Both the position numbers and the translations under genes were made by a program. 34,108 nt of DNA from a virus (Duplodnaviria; Heunggongvirae; Uroviricota; Caudoviricetes): IMG/VR virus record IMGVR_UViG_2778261452_000005; one strand, written 5' to 3'. Below the pieces are notes generated by a model, which worked only from the letters and a program-made list of their open reading frames with translations, had not been told where the DNA came from and did no database searches. Positions within the stretch are counted from its first letter, which is position 1; every line of letters begins with the position of its first letter. This document shows, piece by piece, positions 26,296 through 34,108 of the stretch.

Positions 26296-29200
26296 TAACA
26301 ACCTGCGTCTGCAGGTCATTCTTAATGCGGTTGACAAGCTCACCCGCCCATTTCGATCTGCGCAGGCCAGTTCAAGAGAACTGGCTGCTGCTGTCAAAAA
26401 ATCCCGCGATGCAATAAAGCAGCTTGATCAGGCCGGGAGCAGTCTGGACAGCTTCCGAAAGCTGCAGGCAGAAAATCAGAAATTAGGCGACAGGCTGAAC
26501 TATGCCCGCCAGCGTGCAAATTTGCTCAGTCAGGAACTGGGAGCGATGGGGCCGCCTTCGCAACGTCAGGTTGTTGCTCTGGGCCGTCAACGGCTGGCTG
26601 TTCAGCGCCTGGAAGAACGCCAGAAAAAGCTGCAGCAGCAGACGGCGCTTGTGCGTGCTGAACTGTACCGGGCAGGAATTTCTGCGAAAGACGATGCGGG
26701 AGCAACTGCCCGTTTAGCCCGTGAAATATCACGTTATAACCAGGAACTTTCGAAACAGGAGGCGCGGCTGAAGCGACTGGGGGAAGCTCAGCGCAGGATG
26801 AATGCAGCGCGTGCCAGTTATGCCCGTTCGCTGGAGGTGCGTGATCGTATTGCAGGTGCCGGAGCCACCACCACGGCTGCAGGGCTGGCAATGGGCGCAC
26901 CAGTGATGGCGGCAGTAAAAAGCTATACCAGCATGGAAGATGCCATGAAAGGTGTGGCAAAGCAGGTCAATGGTCTGCGTGACGATAATGGCAACCGCAC
27001 TGCACGTTTTTATGAAATGCAGGATGCCATCAAGGCTGCCAGCGAACAGTTGCCGATGGAAAACGGTGCGGTGGATTTCGCTGCACTGGTTGAAGGTGGT
27101 GCGCGCATGAACGTCGCAAACCCTGACGACAGTTGGGAAGATCAGAAACGTGACCTGCTGGCCTTCGCCAGTACGGCAGCAAAGGCGGCAACAGCCTTTG
27201 AGCTGCCAGCGGATGAACTGTCAGAAAGTCTGGGGAAAATCGCCCAGCTCTACAAAATCCCCACCCGCAATATTGAACAGCTCGGTGATGCGCTGAACTA
27301 TCTGGATGATAACGCCATGTCGAAAGGGGCAGACATCATTGATGTGATGCAACGTCTGGGCGGTGTGGCTGACCGTCTGGATTATCGTAAAGCGGCGGCG
27401 CTGGGTTCCACCTTCCTGACACTGGGCGCTGCGCCAGAGGTTGCAGCCAGTGCAGCAAACGCGATGGTGCGTGAATTGTCCATTGCCACCATGCAAAGCA
27501 AAAGTTTCTTTGAAGGGATGAATCTGCTGAAACTCAATCCTGAAGTGATTGAAAAGCAGATGACGAAGGATGCGATGGGAACCATCCAGCGCGTGCTGGA
27601 GAAGGTAAACGCGCTGCCGCAGGACAAGCGCCTGTCTGCCATGACTATGTTGTTTGGTAAAGAGTTTGGCGATGACGCGGCGAAACTGGCAAACAACCTG
27701 CCGGAACTGCAGCGTCAGTTAAAACTGACAGCGGGCAATGATGCGCTCGGCTCCATGCAGAAAGAATCCGACATTAACAAGGATTCACTTTCTGCGCAGT
27801 GGTTGCTGGTCAAAACCGGAGCGCAGAACACCTTCAGCAGCCTGGGCGAAACGCTGCGCCAGCCGCTGATGGATATTCTGTACACGGTGAAAAGCGTCAC
27901 GGGGGCGTTGCGTCGCTGGGTGGAAGCTAACCCGGAACTGACAGGCACACTGATGAAAGCATCGGCTGTTGTGGCTGCGGTTACCGTCGGCCTCGGCACC
28001 TTAGCGGTGGCGCTGGCTGCAGTGCTGGGGCCGCTGGCAGTGATCCGTCTGGGATTCTCTGTGCTGGGTATCAAAACGTTATCTTCCGTTACGGCAGCAG
28101 TAACTCGAACCAGCAGCGCGTTGTCCTGGCTGGCTGGCGCACCACTGGCACTGCTGCGACGCGGGCTTGCTTCATCGGGCAACGCCGCAGGTTTACTTAC
28201 TGCGCCGTTGTCGTCTTTGCGCCGCACGGCATCACTGACGGGAAATGTCCTGAAAACTGTAGCAGGTGCGCCGGTTGCACTTTTGCGGTCTGGATTATCC
28301 GGTTTACGTGCTGTTGCTGTGATGTTTATGAATCCTCTGGCGGTACTGCGCGGTGGACTGGCCGCCGCAGGCACGGTGCTGCGAGTACTGGCATCTGGTC
28401 CACTGGCGATGCTGCGCGTTGCCCTGTATGCCATATCTGGTCTGTTAGGTGCTCTGCTCAGTCCGATAGGTCTTGTGGTTACTGCACTGGCGGGCGTGGC
28501 GCTGGTTGTCTGGAAATACTGGCAACCCATCACCGCATTTCTCGGTGGCGTGGTGGAAGGATTCAAAGCGGCGGCAGGTCCCATCAGTGCAGCGTTCGAA
28601 CCGCTTAAGCCCGTGTTCCAGTGGATTGGCGACAAAGTGCAGGCGCTGTGGGGCTGGTTTACTGATCTGCTGACGCCCGTTAAGTCGACCTCTGCCGAAC
28701 TGCAGAGCGCAGCGGCAATGGGGCGGCGATTCGGGGAGGCACTGGCGGAAGGGCTGAATATGGTCATGCATCCGCTGGACTCCCTGAAATCCGGCGTTTC
28801 CTGGTTGCTGGAGAAGCTCGGCATTGTCAGTAAAGAGGCCGCAAAGGCAAAACTGCCGGAAAGCGTGACGCGTCAGCAACCTGCGACGGTGAATGCAGAC
28901 GGTAAAGTGATGATGCCATCGGGTGGTTTTCCATCATGGGGATATGGCTTTGCGGGGATGTATGACAGCGGCGGGTATATCCCGCGCGGGCAGTTTGGCA
29001 TCGTCGGTGAAAACGGGCCGGAAATTGTTAACGGCCCGGCAAATGTGACCAGCCGGAGAAATACAGCTGCACTGGCTGCCGTTGTTGCCGGAATGATGGG
29101 CGTTGCTGCCGCGCCAGCAGAGCTTCCACCGTTGCACCCTTTGGCACTTCCCGCGAAAGGTGGAGAAGCAATTGTGAGTCGCGCAGCCACTGTGCCGCTC

Positions 29201-29365
29201 GTTCAACGGATTGAGGCACCGACGCAGATCATCATTCAGACGCAGCCAGGACAAAGTGCGCAGGATATTGCGCGGGAGGTGGCACGCCAGCTTGATGAAC
29301 GTGAACGCAGGCTGAAGGCAAAAGCCAGGAGTAACTACAGCGATCAGGGGGGATACGACGCATGA
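26288..29365 (+). CDS. T: Tail tape measure protein (P2 gpT-like)
   Basis: 1025 aa, coiled-coil-rich N-terminus, Gly/Ala/Leu-rich repeats in the middle; position after E/E'. Confidence 0.9.
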   Translation: MSDNNLRLQVILNAVDKLTRPFRSAQASSRELAAAVKKSRDAIKQLDQAGSSLDSFRKLQAENQKLGDRLNYARQRANLLSQELGAMGPPSQRQVVALGRQRLAVQRLEERQKKLQQQTALVRAELYRAGISAKDDAGATARLAREISRYNQELSKQEARLKRLGEAQRRMNAARASYARSLEVRDRIAGAGATTTAAGLAMGAPVMAAVKSYTSMEDAMKGVAKQVNGLRDDNGNRTARFYEMQDAIKAASEQLPMENGAVDFAALVEGGARMNVANPDDSWEDQKRDLLAFASTAAKAATAFELPADELSESLGKIAQLYKIPTRNIEQLGDALNYLDDNAMSKGADIIDVMQRLGGVADRLDYRKAAALGSTFLTLGAAPEVAASAANAMVRELSIATMQSKSFFEGMNLLKLNPEVIEKQMTKDAMGTIQRVLEKVNALPQDKRLSAMTMLFGKEFGDDAAKLANNLPELQRQLKLTAGNDALGSMQKESDINKDSLSAQWLLVKTGAQNTFSSLGETLRQPLMDILYTVKSVTGALRRWVEANPELTGTLMKASAVVAAVTVGLGTLAVALAAVLGPLAVIRLGFSVLGIKTLSSVTAAVTRTSSALSWLAGAPLALLRRGLASSGNAAGLLTAPLSSLRRTASLTGNVLKTVAGAPVALLRSGLSGLRAVAVMFMNPLAVLRGGLAAAGTVLRVLASGPLAMLRVALYAISGLLGALLSPIGLVVTALAGVALVVWKYWQPITAFLGGVVEGFKAAAGPISAAFEPLKPVFQWIGDKVQALWGWFTDLLTPVKSTSAELQSAAAMGRRFGEALAEGLNMVMHPLDSLKSGVSWLLEKLGIVSKEAAKAKLPESVTRQQPATVNADGKVMMPSGGFPSWGYGFAGMYDSGGYIPRGQFGIVGENGPEIVNGPANVTSRRNTAALAAVVAGMMGVAAAPAELPPLHPLALPAKGGEAIVSRAATVPLVQRIEAPTQIIIQTQPGQSAQDIAREVARQLDERERRLKAKARSNYSDQGGYDA

Positions 29366-29847
29366 TGATGGTGCTGGGATTGTACGTGTTTATGCTGCGC
29401 ACCGTTCCGTATCAGGAACTGCAGTATCAACGCAGCTGGCGACATGCGGCAAACAGTCGGGTAAACCGACGTCCGTCCACGCAGTTTCTGGGACCGGAAA
29501 ACGACATGCTGACGCTTTCCGGTGTTCTTATGCCGGAAATAACAGGCGGCAGGCTGTCGTTGCTGGCACTGGAGCAGATGGCAGAACAGGGGAAAGCATG
29601 GCCCCTGATTGAAGGCAGCGGCACGATTTACGGCATGTATGTGATTGAGGGACTGAATCAGACTAAAACGGAGTTTTTCCGCGACGGTATGCCGCGCCGG
29701 ATTGAGTTCACCCTGTCGCTCAAACGAGTGGATGAATCCCTGTCCGATATGTTCGGTGATCTCAGTGCGCAACTGAATAATCTGCAGGACACGGCAACGT
29801 CTGCCTTAAGCGATATCAGTAAAACGGTGGGAGGGCTGCTGTCGTGA
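29362..29847 (+). CDS. U: Tail protein (P2 gpU-like)
   Basis: 161 aa; overlaps the T stop; position as P2 U. Confidence 0.85.
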   Translation: MMMVLGLYVFMLRTVPYQELQYQRSWRHAANSRVNRRPSTQFLGPENDMLTLSGVLMPEITGGRLSLLALEQMAEQGKAWPLIEGSGTIYGMYVIEGLNQTKTEFFRDGMPRRIEFTLSLKRVDESLSDMFGDLSAQLNNLQDTATSALSDISKTVGGLLS

Positions 29848-30944
29848 ATTTCAGCTCTGAACTGCTTAACAAAGGCAACAAAACTCCCGCATTCAGCATC
29901 AGTATTGAGGGCAGGGATATCACCACTGTGCTGGATAACCGCCTGATGAGTTTGACGCTGACGGATAACCGGGGCTTTGAAGCGGACCAGCTTGATCTGG
30001 AGCTGGACGACGCTGACGGAAAAATCGTGCTGCCGCGCCGTGGTGCGGTCATTACGCTGGCGCTGGGCTGGAAGGGGCAGCCGCTTTTCCCTAAAGGGGC
30101 ATTCACAGTGGACGAGATTGAACACACTGGCGCACCGGACCGCCTGACTATCCGGGCGCGAAGTGCTGATTTTCGGGAAACGCTGAATACCCGCCGTGAA
30201 AAATCGTGGCATAAGACCACCGTCGGGGAAGTGGTGAAGGAAATAGCCGCGCGGCACAAGCTGAAGATGGCACTGGGTAAAGACCTGTCAGATAAACCCG
30301 TGGAGCATATAGACCAGACTAATGAGAGTGACGGCAGTTTTCTGATGCGGCTGGCGCGACAGTACGGTGCCATCGCGTCGGTGAAAAATGGCAATCTGTT
30401 ATTCATCCGGCAGGGGCAGGGCAAAAGCGCCACTGGTAAACCTCTGCCAGTGATCACTATCACACGCAAGGACGGCGACAGTCACCGATTTACCCTGGCA
30501 GATCGCGGAGCCTACACGGGCGTAATTGCCAGCTGGTTGCATACCCGCGAACCTGCGAAGAAAGAAAGCACCACGGTGAAGCGTAAGCGCAGAACTAAGA
30601 AGCAGAAGAAAGAGCCAGAAGCGAAGCAGGGCGATTACCTGGTGGGTACGGATGAAAACGTGCTGGTACTTAATCGCACTTATGCCAACCGGAGCAACGC
30701 CGAACGAGCGGCGAAAATGCAGTGGGAACGCCTGCAACGCGGCGTTGCGTCATTTTCGCTACAACTGGCAGAAGGGCGGGCAGATCTCTACACGGAAATG
30801 CCAGTGAAAGTCAGTGGCTTTAAACAGCCGATAGATGATGCGGAATGGACCATTACGACTCTGACGCATACCGTCAGTCCGGATAACGGTTTTACGACCA
30901 GTCTGGAGCTTGAAGTGAGGATTGATGATTTCGAAATGGAATGA
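29844..30944 (+). CDS. D: Tail protein (P2 gpD-like)
   Basis: 366 aa; last tail gene before ogr. Confidence 0.85.
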   Translation: MNFSSELLNKGNKTPAFSISIEGRDITTVLDNRLMSLTLTDNRGFEADQLDLELDDADGKIVLPRRGAVITLALGWKGQPLFPKGAFTVDEIEHTGAPDRLTIRARSADFRETLNTRREKSWHKTTVGEVVKEIAARHKLKMALGKDLSDKPVEHIDQTNESDGSFLMRLARQYGAIASVKNGNLLFIRQGQGKSATGKPLPVITITRKDGDSHRFTLADRGAYTGVIASWLHTREPAKKESTTVKRKRRTKKQKKEPEAKQGDYLVGTDENVLVLNRTYANRSNAERAAKMQWERLQRGVASFSLQLAEGRADLYTEMPVKVSGFKQPIDDAEWTITTLTHTVSPDNGFTTSLELEVRIDDFEME

Positions 30945-31034
30945 TTCTTCGCAATAGAGAACTTTTAAGTTTGCAAAATGGAATAATGCGATATCATTAT
31001 TGTGAATTTAGCAAAAATGGGGAGAGCTCGAAAA

Positions 31035-31253
31035 ATGATGATTTGCCCACTGTGTGGAAGTACCGCCCATACTCGCAGCAGTTTTCAGGTATCTTCATTG
31101 ACCAAAGAGCGTTACAACCAGTGCCAGAACATTAACTGCAGCCATACTTTTGTTACCCATGAAACTTTTGTTCGTTCGATTGCTACGCCAAAAGAGTCAA
31201 ATCCGGTTCAGCCGCATCCAATGAAATCAGGACAGGTGGCGCTCTCTCTTTGA
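31035..31253 (+). CDS. ogr: Late transcription activator, Cys4 zinc finger (Ogr / 186 B-like)
   Basis: 72 aa from ATG 31035 (GGAGAG SD); CPLCG...CQNINC zinc-finger pattern; last phage gene before the att core. Confidence 0.9.
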   Translation: MMICPLCGSTAHTRSSFQVSSLTKERYNQCQNINCSHTFVTHETFVRSIATPKESNPVQPHPMKSGQVALSL

Positions 31254-31275
31254 CGCTGCCGCCATTTTGTCGCCA
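31254..31275. repeat. attR core candidate (CGCTGCCGCCATTTTGTCGCCA)
   Basis: Starts directly after the ogr stop; 21/22 identical to 19-40. Confidence 0.65.
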
Positions 31276-31339
31276 TCGTTAAAAAACAGTGCTTCTAACA
31301 TCATGATTTTAAACAGCATAAATTTCAGGCAACAAAAAA

Positions 31340-31376
31340 CCCATCAACCTTGAACCGAAATGGCGGGGTTGATGGG
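31340..31376 (-). terminator. Terminator-like hairpin downstream of ybjL (minus strand)
   Basis: CCCATCAACC...GGTTGATGGG inverted repeat with a long loop, followed on the minus strand by TTTTTTGTT. Confidence 0.4.
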
Positions 31377-31488
31377 CTCCACAAAATGGGGACATCAAAG
31401 AAAAGCAGTGGCACTAATTAAGACTGATGCCCTGCGGAAAAGTTCTGCGGTTGTGCAAAAAAATTTCATTTTCAGGGCAACTTCAGTT

Positions 31489-33174
31489 TTATCCTAATCC
31501 TGGCCATACCATGACGATGATTGTCCCTGCCAGCGTCAGCAGGACGTTGGCGATTGCGTAGGTGCCCGCATAGCCCAGCGCAGGGATGTTACTGCGAGCT
31601 GTATCACTGATGATCTCCATTGCCGGCGCGCAGGTGCGTGCGCCCATCATTGCGCCGAACAACAGTGCGCGGTTCATTCGCAATACATAAGCACCGAACA
31701 AGAAACAGATAACCACGGGCACAAGACTGACAATTAATCCGGCAATCAACATCTGACCGCCAATCGCGCCCAGGCCGTTATTAATACCGCTACCGGCGCT
31801 CAGACCAACGCCTGCCATAAACACCATCAAGCCGAACTCTTTCACCATGCTTAATGCACCTTGCGGAATGTAACCGAAGGTCGGGTGGTTAGCACGCATA
31901 AAGCCCAGCATAATTCCGGCGAATAACAACCCGGCAGCGTTCCCCATGCCGAAACTGAATGTGCTGAACTGGAAGGTGATCATCCCGATCATCAGCCCAA
32001 TAACAAAGAAGGCGCAAAATGCCAGCAGGTCAGTGACCTGGCTGTGAATCGAGATAAAGCCGATGCGATCGGCGATGGTTTTTACGCGACGGGCATCACC
32101 GCTGACTTGTAAAACGTCACCTTTGTTAAGCACGACGTTGTCATCTATCGGCATCTCAATCTGGCTACGAATGACGCGGTTAAGGAAGCAACCGTGATCG
32201 GTCAACTTCAGTTGTGCGAGACGTTTACCTACAGCGTTATGGTTTTTAACGACCACTTCTTCAGTGACGATACGCATGTCGAGAAGGTCACGATCGAAAA
32301 CTTCTTTACCGTTACGGAAGCTGGGATCGAGTCGGGCATGGGCGTCGGGATAGCCTACCAACGCTATTTCATCGCCCATTTGTAGCACGGCATCACCGTC
32401 TGGATTTGCCAGAATCCCGTTACGTCGAATACGTTCAATGTAGCAGCCGGTTTGTCGATAAATACCCAGTTCACGCAGATTTTTGCCGTCGGTCCAGGCC
32501 ACCAGCTCCGGGCCGACGCGATAGGCGCGGATCACCGGTAAATAAACCTTACGGTTGGCATCAGTGTCCAGGCCACGTTCGCGGGCGATTTGCTGGGCGC
32601 TGGTCTGTAAGTCCTGATGCTGCAATTTCGGCAAGTAACGCGCACCAACAATCAAACTCACCAGACCGATTAAATAGGTTAAGGCATACCCGAGGCTCAG
32701 ATTATCCAGTGCCAGTGAGAGCTGCCTGCTTTCCATGCCGGAATGACGCAGTGTATCGCCAGCACCGACCAGAACCGGTGTCGACGTCATAGAGCCTGCT
32801 AACATACCGGCCGTCAGGCCAATATCCCAGCCAAACAGCTTACCTAACCCTAAGGCGATCACCAGCGCACTGCCAACCATCACCAGTGCTAACATTAGGT
32901 AATTTTTCCCATCGCGAAAAAAAATGGAAAAAAAGTTCGGTCCGGCTTCGACCCCGACGCAGAAAATAAACAGCATAAAGCCAAGATTAAGCGCATCGGT
33001 GTTAATGCTGAAATGTTGTTGGCCTAATAACAGCGATACGACTAAAACGCCAATGGAATTACCCAGTTGGATCGAACCAAGTCGTAACTTTCCGAGACAT
33101 AGCCCAAGCGCGAGGACCACAAATAATAACAGAATGTAATTCCCATTTAACAATTCGGCGACGTTTATATTCAC
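31489..33174 (-). CDS. ybjL: Putative transport protein YbjL (host chromosome)
   Basis: 561 aa multi-TM protein with central soluble domains; N-terminus [20 protein letters not shown] matches E. coli YbjL as I recall it; GTG start. Confidence 0.85.
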
Positions 33175-33443
33175 GGAGGCTAACTTCTTGTTTACTAGTA
33201 AGCTGTTGAAAGAAATGGTAATTTACGATAATGTTTTTTACCAGAATTCAGGGCGCAGATTCATTCAGCGCACCTAAACGATAGTAAAGTAACAATATAT
33301 TTTACTAGTGTAATCACATTAGGTATCAACGGCTATATGAATTGCGTTGGCCTATATTAGCATGGAATGCGAAGCGGCTTTATCTTACTGAACGCCACAC
33401 TGGCGAAAAATGTGTTCGATAGACGCAGTGTCAGGAGGAACGA

Positions 33444-33821
33444 GTGAAACATAAACAACGTTGGGCGGGGGCAATCTGCTGTTTTGTCCTCTTCATTGTG
33501 GTGTGCCTTTTTCTGGCGACGCACATGAAAGGCGCTTTTCGGGCTGCCGGGCATCCTGAAATCGGCTTGCTATTTTTCATTCTTCCTGGAGCAGTCGCCA
33601 GCTTCTTTTCACAGCGTAGAGAAGTCCTGAAACCTCTGTTTGGCGCAATGCTGGCGGCACCCTGTTCGATGCTCATTATGCGGCTGTTTTTTTCACCGAC
33701 GCGCTCATTCTGGCAAGAGCTGGCATGGTTACTAAGCGCGGTGTTCTGGTGTGCGCTGGGGGCACTGTGTTTCTTATTTATCAGTAGTTTGTTTAAACCA
33801 CAGCACAGAAAAAATCAGTAA
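33444..33821 (+). CDS. ybjM: Inner membrane protein YbjM (host chromosome)
   Basis: 125 aa, GTG start with AGGAGG SD; sits between ybjL and grxA as in E. coli K-12. Confidence 0.8.
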   Translation: MKHKQRWAGAICCFVLFIVVCLFLATHMKGAFRAAGHPEIGLLFFILPGAVASFFSQRREVLKPLFGAMLAAPCSMLIMRLFFSPTRSFWQELAWLLSAVFWCALGALCFLFISSLFKPQHRKNQ

Positions 33822-33841
33822 AGCCCTCAACGCGAGGGCTT
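33821..33841 (-). terminator. Hairpin between convergent ybjM and grxA (likely grxA terminator)
   Basis: AAGCCCTC-aacgc-GAGGGCTT; on the minus strand it is followed by a T-run. Confidence 0.5.
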
Positions 33842-33850
33842 GTCAGACGA

Positions 33851-34108
33851 TCAGGCGTCCAGATTTTCTTTCACCCATGCAGCAAAATCGGTATAGCCGC
33901 CGATATGTTGCTGATCGACAAAAATCTGCGGCACGGTTTCTACGGGTTTACCTGCCTTTTGTTGTAGATCTTCTTTAGTGATCCCTTCCGCACGAATATC
34001 TACATACTGATACTGAAAATCATCGCGTTCATTGCTCAATTTCTCAGCCAGATCTTTTGCACGCACACAGTAAGGGCAACCCGAACGACCAAAAATAACG
34101 GTTTGCAT
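33851..34108 (-). CDS. grxA: Glutaredoxin 1 (host chromosome)
   Basis: 85 aa, MQTVIFGRSGCPYCVRAKDLAEKL with CPYC active site; start codon is the last 3 nt of the window. Confidence 0.9.
   Translation of the reverse strand: MQTVIFGRSGCPYCVRAKDLAEKLSNERDDFQYQYVDIRAEGITKEDLQQKAGKPVETVPQIFVDQQHIGGYTDFAAWVKENLDA

Larger units (their letters stand above)
19..31275 (+). mobile_element. P2/186-like prophage, apparently complete (att core to att core)
   Basis: Gene order int-cI-apl-cII-A-(cos)-Q-P-O-N-M-L-X-lysis-R-S-V-W-J-I-H-G-FI-FII-E-T-U-D-ogr matches the P2/186 prophage map; flanked by a 22-bp direct repeat; E. coli-type genes follow on the right. Confidence 0.85.

Noticed and set aside
27715-28824. 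369-aa minus-strand ORF (and neighbours 28445..28879, 28873..29190, 28934..29254) inside the tape measure gene
   Set aside because: Antisense shadow ORFs within a long, GC- and repeat-rich, well-supported plus-strand gene; no independent start signals.
31254-31488. tRNA gene at the attachment site
   Set aside because: No cloverleaf-compatible sequence could be recognised by eye; this would need tRNAscan-SE and the left flank, which is outside the window.
33357-33676. Minus-strand ORFs 33357..33554 and 33431..33676 overlapping ybjM
   Set aside because: Antisense to a host gene with a clear SD and conserved sequence.

Overview
This window is an apparently complete P2/186-family (Peduovirus-like) temperate prophage of about 31.3 kb, followed by about 2.8 kb of E. 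coli-type chromosome (ybjL, ybjM, grxA). The prophage is bounded by a 22-bp direct repeat (19-40 and 31254-31275, 21/22 identical) that I interpret as the att core. Gene order follows the 186/P2 prophage map: int, a small secreted moron, cI repressor, apl/cox-like gene, cII, small early ORFs, TraR/DksA zinc finger, orphan Dam methyltransferase, replication initiator gpA, a LexA-box-controlled tum-like/DinI-like pair, a cargo locus around a cos-like site, then portal, terminase, capsid, lysis, tail and baseplate genes, a second cargo locus (O-antigen-type acyltransferase) between the tail fibre and sheath genes, tape measure, and ogr. The best candidate for an undescribed system is the cargo locus between gpA and the portal gene (7958-9379), the position where P2 carries tin/old: a signal-peptide protein and a two-helix membrane protein flanking a small Cys-rich ORF and the cos-like site. 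All product calls rest on my reading of the translated ORFs and recalled family signatures; no database search was run.
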